The notes under the pieces are model-generated. The model saw nothing but the letters and a program-made list of their open reading frames with translations. It did not search any database and was not told where the DNA came from. 64,000 nucleotides of DNA from a virus, in IMG/VR virus record IMGVR_UViG_3300042090_002148. One strand, given 5' to 3'. This document shows positions 55,221 through 64,000 of the stretch, piece after piece. Both the position numbers and the translations under genes were made by a program. Position 1 is the stretch's first letter; every line of letters begins with the position of its first letter.

Positions 55221-55886
55221 ATGAACGTATCTGTCGCACCGACACCGAGCGTCTCACAAGGAGCGCCGAGTTGCTTCGGAAAGGAGTGGGACAATCGAGC
55301 ACCCGAGTGTACTGGTGGACCCGACCCGAGCTTCAAGGACGAGGAGGGCAAGCACGTCCGCATCCGTTGTGGATGGTTCACGACGTGCGGGTCCGTGACT
55401 CAATCCGCGCGCCAGCTCATCGCACCGCAGACGTTGATCCGTCCACAAGCCCCCGCGGCGCCGTCGTTCGTGCCGACGCCCCCGGGCATGCCGCCGCGTC
55501 CGATGTGGACGCCCCCCGTTTCTCACCCACCCGTCGCGCCGCAGTCTGTTCAGACTGACTGGCAGCGCATCGAGCAGCAACGACAAGAGGGCCTGCGTCG
55601 TCTACAGGCCACCCCACCCCCGCAGTACCAGCCCATACCGTCAGGGCAGCAGATGCAGCCCCAGCAGTTCGTGCAGATGCAGGGGCCCGTCCACTACCCG
55701 GCGCAGACCTGGCAGGTCGGCTACGGAATGCCCGCCTATCTCACCCACGAAGAAGTACGGCAGACCGGAGAGTCCTGGTGGTCCGTGTTCATACGTGAGA
55801 TCTTTCGCGGCGCGTTGAAGGCGCTGTTTCACTCAGGAGCGCGCTACATAGACGTCAACCCGTTCAAGGGTCCACCCAGGAGCTAG
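55221..55886 (+). CDS. Cys-containing, Pro/Gln-rich hypothetical protein
   Basis: SCFG...EC...RCGWFTTC; AGGAGG SD. Confidence 0.7.
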   Translation: MNVSVAPTPSVSQGAPSCFGKEWDNRAPECTGGPDPSFKDEEGKHVRIRCGWFTTCGSVTQSARQLIAPQTLIRPQAPAAPSFVPTPPGMPPRPMWTPPVSHPPVAPQSVQTDWQRIEQQRQEGLRRLQATPPPQYQPIPSGQQMQPQQFVQMQGPVHYPAQTWQVGYGMPAYLTHEEVRQTGESWWSVFIREIFRGALKALFHSGARYIDVNPFKGPPRS

Positions 55887-56390
55887 ATGAGAAGACTGAA
55901 CCTGACGGGGCGGCGCTTTGGCCGCCTCGTCGCAGTAGCACGCGAAGGAAGCGACGGCAGCGGTGGCGCTACCTGGCGTTGCCGTTGCGACTGCGGTCAG
56001 GAGAAAGTCATCAGCGCACACTCGTTGAACAAGGGACGTACCGTCTCGTGCGGTTGCTGGAACCGCACGAGACCACGAGCAACGCACGGTGAAGCATCGC
56101 CCAGCACCCGCACAACTGAGTACCGTATCTGGTCTGCGATGAAGGATCGCTGCGGTAACAGCAAGAACCCACAGTACAAAGACTACGGCGGTAGGGGCAT
56201 CACAGTTGACCCACGCTGGCTAACGTACGAAAACTTTCTCGAGGACATGGGACGTCGGCCTCCTGGTCTCACCATCGAACGAAACAACAACGACGGACCG
56301 TACGCACCCTGGAACTGTCGCTGGGCTACACGCAAAGAGCAACAAGCCAACACAAGGAAGCGACATGGACATCATCGTACGGCGCCCTAA
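55887..56390 (+). CDS. HNH-type homing endonuclease (similar to 4061..4717)
   Basis: LTGRRFGRL, WRCRCDCG, YRIWSAMKDRC, YGGRGITV, TIERNNNDGPYAPWNCRWAT. Confidence 0.88.
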   Translation: MRRLNLTGRRFGRLVAVAREGSDGSGGATWRCRCDCGQEKVISAHSLNKGRTVSCGCWNRTRPRATHGEASPSTRTTEYRIWSAMKDRCGNSKNPQYKDYGGRGITVDPRWLTYENFLEDMGRRPPGLTIERNNNDGPYAPWNCRWATRKEQQANTRKRHGHHRTAP

Positions 56391-58146
56391 TGTTGGTTAT
56401 CTTGACAGTGCGCTTTGGGTACCCAAGGCCGCGATCAATGCCGAGGGGGTGAAGCGCGTCCTCACCTTCGAGTTCTTTGAGCGCGACAAGATGAACGTGC
56501 TCACGCTCTACAAAGAGACGGACCACCACCTCATCGTGCCGCGAGAGTTCTGGCCACCCCAGACCTTCCAGTTTCCGGTCATCGACTGCCGCCCCCTCCG
56601 CTACACGCGGACGGGGGTGGTCAGCCGCATCAAGCTCGACCACGAGTTCGAGGACGGCACGCTGCGTCCCACCGGAAAGACAACGCAGCACGACGCGATG
56701 GCAGCGTTGCTGAGCACACGCGGCGGAGTACTGCAGCTGGCTTGCGGACTCGGCAAGACGGTCATCGCGCTCGACTTTCTAGCTAGGCGCGGCTTCCCCG
56801 CCCTCATCATCCTCGACACCACGCAGCTGATGCACCAGTGGACGAAGGAGATCAACGAGCACCTCATCGTTCCCGGAGGAGTAGGGCTCATCCAGGGGCA
56901 GACGTTCGACTGGAAGAAGAGCGTCGTCATCGCCACGTACCACACGCTTGCAGAACGAGCGGCCTCGATGCCGGAGGAAGTACGCCAGTGGTTCGGAACA
57001 ATCATCTGGGATGAAGCGCATCACCTTGGGGCACCGAAGTTCTCGCGCACGGCCGATCTCTTCTACGGGTTGCGCCTTCTACTCACCGCGACCCCAGACA
57101 GGGACGACGGCACGCAGGTCATCTACAACTTCCACGCTGGCCCCGTCTTCTACAAGGACCTGAAGCAGGAGCTCACACCGGACATCTTCTTTAGGTGGAC
57201 GGGCGTCGGGCTCGACATGACGGACAAGACCGTCGCTGCCGCCGTCAACGACTGCAACGGGGAGATGCACATCGGGAAAGTCGCTGGGCACCTGGGTCGT
57301 CAGCCTGCGCGCATTCAGTTCGTCCTCGACGAGGTGAAGCAAGCCATCGACGCCGGCCGCAAGGTCATCGTTCTCTCGAAGAGCGTCGACGCGCTCGTGA
57401 ACATGTTCGCCGCGTGGAACATGCGGCAGGCCCTCATCACCGACATCCCGTTCCCGACCGCGGCCGAGGTCGGAGAAACGGTGCCGCCGCGAGAGCTCGA
57501 CAAGGCCTCCGCAAGCAAGCTGATGGCTCACATCATGACGGCGAAGAAGGAGCTCGAGAACCCACTCCTACCTCCCCAGAAGCGCATCGAGCTCCAGATC
57601 AAGAAGGAGCACTTCGACCAGGCGTGGCAGGCCCACCTCGTCTTCAAGAAGTGCGAAGCGCTCTACAACGCCAAGCGCGCGGCCTACCTGAAGGAGCTCA
57701 TCACCCTGCCGAGCAACGCCGGGCTGATGATCTACAAGGTCAAGCCGGCGATGCGCGACAAGATGCTGCGAGAGCGGCAGGTCACCTTCGCCGTCATGAA
57801 GTACGGACGTGAAGGGCTCGACGACCGCAACCTCGACACCATCATCATCAACGAGCCGATCTCCAGCCGCAACTCGCTCCAGCAGATAATGGGACGCGTT
57901 TTGCGGAAGAAGAAGGGTAAGCAGACGTCCGTCGTCGTCTTCCTCGAGGACAACATCGGACCCTTCATCGGCATGTGCCAGAAGCTCCGCAACCACCTCC
58001 GTACCTGGGCGCCTGAAGAAGGCGGTCCCTTCGACTACGAGAACATCGGACAGCCCGTCTCCATGCGCACGAAGAAAAAAGCCGTGCTTCAAGCCACCGC
58101 CTACGCACAGTCCACCTCCATCCGACCCGCCACAAGGACCACATGA
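56365..58146 (+). CDS. Superfamily 2 (UvsW/XPB-like) helicase
   Basis: LACGLGKT, IIWDEAHH, LTATP, EGLD, QQIMGRVLR. Confidence 0.92.
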   Translation: MDIIVRRPNVGYLDSALWVPKAAINAEGVKRVLTFEFFERDKMNVLTLYKETDHHLIVPREFWPPQTFQFPVIDCRPLRYTRTGVVSRIKLDHEFEDGTLRPTGKTTQHDAMAALLSTRGGVLQLACGLGKTVIALDFLARRGFPALIILDTTQLMHQWTKEINEHLIVPGGVGLIQGQTFDWKKSVVIATYHTLAERAASMPEEVRQWFGTIIWDEAHHLGAPKFSRTADLFYGLRLLLTATPDRDDGTQVIYNFHAGPVFYKDLKQELTPDIFFRWTGVGLDMTDKTVAAAVNDCNGEMHIGKVAGHLGRQPARIQFVLDEVKQAIDAGRKVIVLSKSVDALVNMFAAWNMRQALITDIPFPTAAEVGETVPPRELDKASASKLMAHIMTAKKELENPLLPPQKRIELQIKKEHFDQAWQAHLVFKKCEALYNAKRAAYLKELITLPSNAGLMIYKVKPAMRDKMLRERQVTFAVMKYGREGLDDRNLDTIIINEPISSRNSLQQIMGRVLRKKKGKQTSVVVFLEDNIGPFIGMCQKLRNHLRTWAPEEGGPFDYENIGQPVSMRTKKKAVLQATAYAQSTSIRPATRTT

Positions 58147-58649
58147 ACACGCCCAAGCTCAACGAACTGTTCCAGCCCGAGAAGCACGCCTGGGTCATGG
58201 CGTACCGCCACTCGGCGAAGTACTTCGGTCGCCTCATCGACATCGACGGCGCGAAGCCGCCCGAGGGAAAGGTCAGCGCCTTCGAGGTGCGCAAGGCGAA
58301 GAACGTCGCGCTCAGCCCCATCTTCCAGCTCATCACCGCGCAGCGTCAGGTGCCCCTTGATGCGCGCGGCAAGCCCATCGAGTTCGACGAGTCAGGACGC
58401 CCCACGAGCCGCCCGGTGAGCACCGGCATCACGACCGAGCCTTTCGTGCAGCTCGTCGAGTTCTGCGACTACATGACCCCGATGCACTTCGAGGGCGCGG
58501 ACATCCAGCGGTTCTTCAGCGAGATGACCGAAGAGGACGTGAAGGGCTACCGCGGGCTCCTCGAGGGCGTTGTGGCATCCGTGCAGGCCGCGTCTCCCAT
58601 CGCGCTCGCGACGCCGGCGGAGACCAGCAAGGTCACCCGTGGACGTTGA
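58143..58649 (+). CDS. Hypothetical protein
   Basis: ATGA overlap; AAGGA SD. Confidence 0.7.
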   Translation: MNTPKLNELFQPEKHAWVMAYRHSAKYFGRLIDIDGAKPPEGKVSAFEVRKAKNVALSPIFQLITAQRQVPLDARGKPIEFDESGRPTSRPVSTGITTEPFVQLVEFCDYMTPMHFEGADIQRFFSEMTEEDVKGYRGLLEGVVASVQAASPIALATPAETSKVTRGR

Positions 58650-59496
58650 CGCACGCAAGCCACTCGGCATCCTGCAGAACGAGTGGAGCACCTGCCAACG
58701 CTGCCCGCTCGGGGAGCGACGCCTGAACGTGGGGGCACACTTCGTCCCCGGTGTGGGCTACCCGCGTTCCGTCATGCTCATCGGCGATGGACCGAACGAA
58801 GAGTCCGAGCAGATCGGCGCACCCTTCGTCGGCCGCTCAGGAGGAATCCTGCGCGCCATCCTCGCTCGCTTGGGGCTGAAGGAGTACTACCTCACCAACC
58901 TCGTTGCTTGCCGCTCCTGCGTGCCGCAGACCAACGCCTCTGGCGAACCGATGCAGCGGCGCGTGGGCGGGGTGATGACCCCCGTCTACAAGGACGAGAC
59001 GCCCATCCCAGCGCACATCGCAGCGTGCCGCGCTCGTCTCAACGAGGAGATCTACCTCGTGGATCCGACGGTTATCGTAGGGCTGGGTCCGAAGGTCTGC
59101 GAGGCCCTCACGGGACGAGCCGCAAACCTGGCGCGTGACAACGGGGAGGCTCGTCCCATCTCCATCCCCGGTGCTTCACGCGTCGCCGAACTCACTGACA
59201 AGGGCGCCTGGCTCCGCAAGGTGAAGGGCCAGTGGATCCAACCGGTCGCGCGCAGCGAGGTGCGTTACCACTTCGTCCCCACCTACCATCCGCTCGACGT
59301 CGAGCGGGTGATGGACGACATGAGCCCGAACAGCACCTTCAACAAGTTCATCGTCGCACTCCGAACGGCAGTCCAGACGCATGACGCCTACCTCGAGGGA
59401 GCCTACGGCATGACGCCGGCCAACCGCGGACAGGCCACCGATCTCGACCTTCAACACGTAGCGCAGCAAGAGGCACAGACCCATGAAGAAGCGTGA
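58639..59496 (+). CDS. Family-4 (Fe-S) uracil-DNA glycosylase-like protein
   Basis: CQRC, IGDGPNEESEQIGAPFVGRSG, YLTNLVACR, PTYHP; GTG start. Confidence 0.85.
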   Translation: MDVDARKPLGILQNEWSTCQRCPLGERRLNVGAHFVPGVGYPRSVMLIGDGPNEESEQIGAPFVGRSGGILRAILARLGLKEYYLTNLVACRSCVPQTNASGEPMQRRVGGVMTPVYKDETPIPAHIAACRARLNEEIYLVDPTVIVGLGPKVCEALTGRAANLARDNGEARPISIPGASRVAELTDKGAWLRKVKGQWIQPVARSEVRYHFVPTYHPLDVERVMDDMSPNSTFNKFIVALRTAVQTHDAYLEGAYGMTPANRGQATDLDLQHVAQQEAQTHEEA

Positions 59497-59917
59497 AGCG
59501 AGACCCGTCACCGTAGACGAGGTCCCGGAGCTGATGGCGTACGAACTCGCGAAGCGGGATCTCGACAACTTCAAGAAGAAGCACGCAGCCGTCATCGAGG
59601 AGCTGGCATCCCTCGTCGAAGCTCACAACACAACCCTCGAGGCAGCAGACAAGGTGATGCGCGCGAACAACTACACCTGCGCGCCGTTCAACCTCCAGCA
59701 CTTCACCACGAAGTACAGCGCAGACGAGGCCTTCGTCCTGCTCGGCCGCGACGGCTTCCTCGCGGTCGGGGGCAAGATCGACAAGAAGGAGATCTACGAC
59801 CTCGACAAGGATCGCTTCGAGGCAGCAGCCTCGCAGGGCAAGATCGCCGACGCCGTTGTAGAGAAGGTCCGCACCGAGACGCCGACCTACAAGAAGCCCA
59901 AGCCCCTGGCTGTCTGA
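59483..59917 (+). CDS. Hypothetical coiled-coil protein
   Basis: High GC3; GAGG SD. Confidence 0.72.
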   Translation: MKKREARPVTVDEVPELMAYELAKRDLDNFKKKHAAVIEELASLVEAHNTTLEAADKVMRANNYTCAPFNLQHFTTKYSADEAFVLLGRDGFLAVGGKIDKKEIYDLDKDRFEAAASQGKIADAVVEKVRTETPTYKKPKPLAV

Positions 59918-59920
59918 GCG

Positions 59921-60217
59921 GTGAACTCCGCGCGGCTCACCATCGAGCGAAACGACGTCATCATCTACGAGAGGATCGAACCGATGGACAAGTTCCAGTC
60001 CCTGCGACAGACAACAGGACCCGAGGCACATGTCGGGATGAACATGGGCGTAGGCCAGGACTTCGGGAAGCTGAAGGTCGGTGCATCCGTCACCCTCAGC
60101 TGCGACCAGAACGAGGCGGCCATCAACGCGGCCGGCTACCAGGCGTTCACCAAGTGCATGGAGCTGGTCGAGCAGGGCATGAAGTACCTCGCGCAGAACC
60201 CGGAGGTGCCGACGTGA
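59921..60217 (+). CDS. Hypothetical protein
   Basis: High GC3; tight packing. Confidence 0.65.
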   Translation: MNSARLTIERNDVIIYERIEPMDKFQSLRQTTGPEAHVGMNMGVGQDFGKLKVGASVTLSCDQNEAAINAAGYQAFTKCMELVEQGMKYLAQNPEVPT

Positions 60218-60543
60218 TTCGCGGGCACATGAAGTGCGACGGAATCGCGCTGGGCGAAGCGAGTTTCAGCTTCATGAACTCGGGCGGCATCGTCCTCGAG
60301 GCGAAGGCCGCTTTCGTCAGCACGAAGACCGGCGACACGTACGGCTGGACGAAGAACACGGTCTGGTCTCCGCCCACCATCGAGAAGCTGAAGGAGCTCC
60401 GCACGTTGATGGAGATCGATCTCGGTCACCTTCACCTCGAGGAGGGCGGCGAGTCGCTCACGGGCGCCTCAGCGCCTACGGAGGGACGCGGGCTGGGCAG
60501 CATGCCGAAGGGCGGGATCGGCGAAGAGGTTGGGTCCGTCTGA
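60214..60543 (+). CDS. Hypothetical protein
   Basis: GTG start with GTGA overlap; GGAGG SD. Confidence 0.65.
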   Translation: MIRGHMKCDGIALGEASFSFMNSGGIVLEAKAAFVSTKTGDTYGWTKNTVWSPPTIEKLKELRTLMEIDLGHLHLEEGGESLTGASAPTEGRGLGSMPKGGIGEEVGSV

Positions 60544-60670
60544 CCCCCTACCGCTAGTGGCGTGACCTGCCGTCCACGCAGCTAATAGAGAAAGCGCGGA
60601 GGCGATTGACGTGGGCCGCGCGGGCGGCCACGGTGATCGTCCCCCGCGTGTCCACTTTTGTTAGCCGTGG

Positions 60671-60686
60671 GGGATAAGAGGTCCGC
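60671..60686 (+). promoter_or_regulatory. GGGATAAGAGGTCCGC motif
   Basis: Intergenic, 33 nt before the helicase ATG; third copy of G[AG]GATAAGA. Confidence 0.4.
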
Positions 60687-60718
60687 CTACGTCATCGATC
60701 CTTGCTCTCCGAGGTGCA

Positions 60719-62197
60719 ATGTCTCACCAGCTCACACTCTGCTCACGCATCATCAGGACCGGTTGTCTAGCGGAGGTACTGGACTACGGGATTACCTCCG
60801 ACGACTTCACCACTCCCGAGGCGCTCTCGATCTGGACCCTTATCCACAACTACCACACGATGGCGCAGACACGTGGGTCTGTGCTCGACATGACAGGGCT
60901 GCTGGAGAAGCATCCCAGCTATGTTCTGGTGCCGGATCGCCCGGAGAGCTCGACACACGCGCTCTGCTTTGCGGTCCGTCGAGAGCGCATACAAGCCGGA
61001 GGCTTGAAGGCAATCGGTGACGCGGCCAGCCTCATCTCCACGGGCATCGACCCGATGGTCCCGCTTGCACGACTGCAGGCGGAAGTGAGCGCGTACCTCG
61101 CCCTGGGCTGCACCGCCAACGCAGACGTCGGGTTCGGCCGCGGTCTCGCCAGCGTCATGCAGCGCATGCAGCTGCAGCGCGACGGCGTAGACCTGGCGCT
61201 GATGAAGTGGCCGTGGGCGGCGATGAACAAGGCCACGCTCGGACTCCAGCGCGACGACTACGTCGTCTTCTACGGGCGGCCCAAGTCGATGAAGACCTGG
61301 ACGCTCGCGTACCTCGTGGCCTGGTGTTACGAGAACGAAAAGAAGCTCGTGCTCTACACGAAGGAGATGACGCCGGACAACGTCTACCAGCGTGTGCTCG
61401 CCTGCATCTGCCGCATCCACTACGAGTTCGTTCGCGACGCGTACACGATGTCCGACAACGACTGGTACGCCATCCAGAAGCTGTACCACCAGCTGACGTT
61501 AGACCCGGTCCTTGCGAACACCATCGTGGTCCTCAACGGCCGCGACGCTCCTGCAGGTGGAGACACTGTCTCGTGGCTGAACAGCAAGATCGACAAGCAC
61601 AAGCCAGTCGTAGCCTTCATCGACGGGCTCTACTTGCTCAGCGACCAGAACAAGAAGAGCAAGGATCATGAGCGCGTAACGAGCATCAGCCGCGACATCC
61701 GCGGCATGGTCCTCGGCAGCGGAGTGCCGGTCATCGCGACGATGCAAGCCAACCGCAAGGCTGCCGGACACACCGACGCGAACCTCGACGAGATCGCGTA
61801 CTCCGATTCCCTTGCCCAGGACTGCACCGCGGCCATCCGCACCATCCAGCGCAAGGTCAACCCCACCGAGGAGGAGAAAGAGAAGAACCCCCAAGCCGAG
61901 CCCAAGAAGTTCATCGACCTCATCTTCGGCGGCAGTCGTGAGTACTCTCTGCACGGCATCCGTCTGCACGCAGTGCCAGCCCGTGACTTCTCGCAGGTGA
62001 AGGAGCTCACCGAAGCCGACGTGCTCGCCTCCAAGGAAGCGGACGCTGAGGAAGAGGAAGAGCGCAAGGCCGCACGCGCCGCGAAACGGCGCAAAGCAAA
62101 GGTGAAGGCCGCACAGAACATGGCGCAGGGAGGCATCAAGGAACAACAAGCCGCAGGCGAACAGGCCGTCGCTGCACGCATGCCACACGTACAATGA
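60719..62197 (+). CDS. dnaB: DnaB-like replicative helicase
   Basis: YGRPKSMKT, TKEM, FIDGLYLL, ATMQANR, IAYSDSLAQD. Confidence 0.9.
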   Translation: MSHQLTLCSRIIRTGCLAEVLDYGITSDDFTTPEALSIWTLIHNYHTMAQTRGSVLDMTGLLEKHPSYVLVPDRPESSTHALCFAVRRERIQAGGLKAIGDAASLISTGIDPMVPLARLQAEVSAYLALGCTANADVGFGRGLASVMQRMQLQRDGVDLALMKWPWAAMNKATLGLQRDDYVVFYGRPKSMKTWTLAYLVAWCYENEKKLVLYTKEMTPDNVYQRVLACICRIHYEFVRDAYTMSDNDWYAIQKLYHQLTLDPVLANTIVVLNGRDAPAGGDTVSWLNSKIDKHKPVVAFIDGLYLLSDQNKKSKDHERVTSISRDIRGMVLGSGVPVIATMQANRKAAGHTDANLDEIAYSDSLAQDCTAAIRTIQRKVNPTEEEKEKNPQAEPKKFIDLIFGGSREYSLHGIRLHAVPARDFSQVKELTEADVLASKEADAEEEEERKAARAAKRRKAKVKAAQNMAQGGIKEQQAAGEQAVAARMPHVQ

Positions 62198-63183
62198 CCG
62201 ACCAGATCAAGAGCGCGGTCGCTCCGTACCTGAACCGGATGCGTGCAGCAGGACCCGAGGAGGTCTCTGCGGTGTGTCCGTTTCACCGCCGAGCCGACGG
62301 GTCGGAGGGAGGTGCCACGAACTTCTTCATGAACGTGTACAGCGGGCTGTGGTTCTGCCACTCCTGCCACGCTCGCGGGAACCTCTACACCTTCCTCCGT
62401 GACGTCGGTCTCTCACGCGACCAGATCAAGATGCAGTACCAACCGGCGCTCGACGATGCCGGGAAGTACGCACCCCCACCGCCGGACCCCGTCAACCCGG
62501 TGGAGGCGGTACTCGAACCGCTAGACGAAGGCTTCCTCGGGTACTTCGACTACTGCCCGCAGCAGCTCCTCGACGACGGCTTCCCGATGGAACTCTTGCG
62601 CAGGTTCGACATCGGGTACGACTGGACCCACCACCGCATCACCTTTCCCCTGCGCGACTGGCGGGGGCGTCTCGTCGGCATCAGCGGACGTGCGGCGCAA
62701 GACGGAGTCCAGCCCCGGTACAAGCTGTACGACAAGGAGTACCTCGCGTTCGGCCTGCCCATCCGCAAGACCGAACGACGTCCGCTCATCTGGAACATCC
62801 ACAACGTCCTCCTCAAGCAGCACTTCACGTCCAACCCGGAGGTACAGCCCCTTGTCATCGTCGAAGGATACAAGGCCGCGCTGCGTGTCGCGCAGGCCAA
62901 CGTAGAAGTAGGAGCGCTCCTCGGCTCCCACATCACGCAGGAGCAGATCTGGTTGCTTCAGAAGCTAGACTGTCCTCTTCTCTTCATGTTCGACAACGAT
63001 GACGCCGGGAGAATGGGTCAGCTCGATGCTTGCCATCGACTGTCTCAGACCGGCTCCATCGGACACCGCTTGTTCGTCGTCGATTACGCCGCCCGTCAGC
63101 CCAGTGATCTCACCCCACATGCCGTCCTAGAAGCATTGCTCGCACCACAGCCATTCATGGAATGGTTCGTCCGTAACTCGTAG
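62194..63183 (+). CDS. dnaG: DNA primase
   Basis: CPFH...CHSC zinc finger; TOPRIM IVEG and FDNDDAG. Confidence 0.92.
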   Translation: MTDQIKSAVAPYLNRMRAAGPEEVSAVCPFHRRADGSEGGATNFFMNVYSGLWFCHSCHARGNLYTFLRDVGLSRDQIKMQYQPALDDAGKYAPPPPDPVNPVEAVLEPLDEGFLGYFDYCPQQLLDDGFPMELLRRFDIGYDWTHHRITFPLRDWRGRLVGISGRAAQDGVQPRYKLYDKEYLAFGLPIRKTERRPLIWNIHNVLLKQHFTSNPEVQPLVIVEGYKAALRVAQANVEVGALLGSHITQEQIWLLQKLDCPLLFMFDNDDAGRMGQLDACHRLSQTGSIGHRLFVVDYAARQPSDLTPHAVLEALLAPQPFMEWFVRNS

Positions 63184-63195
63184 CCAGGAGCACAC

Positions 63196-64000
63196 ATGTC
63201 ATACGGTAAGAACGAAGAAGACCAGAAGCGCGTCAGCTCATTCCGAAGGGAGAGTGCCGCTTTCTCCAAGTCGCAGCCACGCACGGGAGGGAAGGCCAAG
63301 ATCCCGGCGTTCCTCGACGAGTACAAGCCCAGCACCAGCTGCATCGACACGGTGCGGCTCATTCCCGGCGCCTACGCGCAGGACAAGATCATCCTGGCAC
63401 CCGACGCTGCGGGACAGATGGTGCCGACGCTCACGCAGACCACCTGCGACTTCATCAAGATCACCGAGCACTACGACGGGTACTACAAGAAGGGCTGCAT
63501 CTGCAGCGCCGGCCCGTTCAACGATCGCGAGCATCGCAAGCCCTGCCATGGCTGCGACATCTTCTTCGCGACCGGAGCCCGCAACGAGAACGGCCGCTTC
63601 GAGTCCACGCGGATGAGCAAGCAGAACAAGTTCGTCTTCTCGGTCTGGGACTACGGGGTCTACCACAACAACTACCAGCTCGATGAGCAGGGCAACGTCC
63701 GCGCGAACAAGAACACCGGCAAGCCGTATATGCAGTGGCAGAAGTGCATCGGCCAGGGCTGCCCCAGCTGCCGCGCGGGCAACATCGAGACGAAGCAGGG
63801 CTGCATGCGCTGCTGGCCTCTGAGCTTCACCTGGTTCCAGGTGCTGCGTCAGCAGGACATCAACGTCATCGGCCGCAACTGCGTCCGCTGCCTCAACCAG
63901 AACTGCATCAACAGCGTCTCCTGGAACACCACCTGCTGCGGAGCGTGCGTCATCGACATGCGCACCACGCAGATGACGACGGAGGAGATCAACAAGGTCA
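63196..64000 (+). CDS. T4 gp32-like single-stranded DNA-binding protein, partial
   Basis: Not on the ORF track; translated by hand. MSYGKN...VRLIPG...EHY...CICS...PCHGC...KFVFSVWD; AGGAG SD; follows the primase. Confidence 0.65.
   Translation, partial: MSYGKNEEDQKRVSSFRRESAAFSKSQPRTGGKAKIPAFLDEYKPSTSCIDTVRLIPGAYAQDKIILAPDAAGQMVPTLTQTTCDFIKITEHYDGYYKKGCICSAGPFNDREHRKPCHGCDIFFATGARNENGRFESTRMSKQNKFVFSVWDYGVYHNNYQLDEQGNVRANKNTGKPYMQWQKCIGQGCPSCRAGNIETKQGCMRCWPLSFTWFQVLRQQDINVIGRNCVRCLNQNCINSVSWNTTCCGACVIDMRTTQMTTEEINKV

Larger units (their letters stand above)
1..64000. mobile_element. Large myovirus-type bacteriophage genome fragment (prophage status not determinable)
   Basis: Capsid, portal, terminase, prohead protease, sheath, tube, spike and replication genes are present; no host genes or attachment site were seen. 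Confidence 0.95.

Noticed and set aside
1-64000. Alternative genetic code, CRISPR arrays, tRNA/rRNA genes, introns or inteins
   Set aside because: Genes are intact and tightly packed under code 11, with TAG, TGA and TAA all used as stops. No repeat-spacer arrays or cloverleaf motifs were seen by eye. All endonuclease genes are intergenic, and terL, RNAP, DnaB and MCP show no intein motifs.

Overview
This 64-kb window (about 65-66% GC by eye) is a fragment of a large tailed dsDNA phage with a contractile tail. No host housekeeping genes, tRNAs or CRISPR arrays were recognised. The minus strand carries a long virion module: tail tube and sheath, neck proteins, HK97-type major capsid protein, prohead protease, terminase large subunit, baseplate spike, portal and about a dozen internal-head-like proteins. 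Embedded in this module is a single ~2170-aa polypeptide in which the beta and beta' subunits of a cellular-type multisubunit RNA polymerase are fused. Plus-strand blocks encode a lipoprotein and papain-like protease pair, a MoxR AAA+/VWA pair and a replication module (SF2 helicase, family-4 UDG, DnaB-like helicase, primase, gp32-like SSB). Seven free-standing HNH/EndoVII-type endonuclease genes are scattered through the window. Four patterns stand out. (1) A K-x-[AG] motif pervades the head-cluster proteins and flanks short Gly-zipper/amphipathic cassettes, several with visibly foreign codon usage; this suggests swappable peptides released by the prohead protease and packaged in the virion. 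(2) The RNAP is a compact beta-beta' fusion lacking the beta' N-terminal zinc-binding domain. (3) There is a candidate -1 ribosomal frameshift (C CCA AAA plus hairpin) at the end of one head protein. (4) There are two candidate promoter classes: TAnnnT boxes, often 6-7 nt before a start codon (leaderless), and a G[AG]GATAAGA motif. All calls come from motif recognition by eye; no database searches were run, and codon counts are manual samples.
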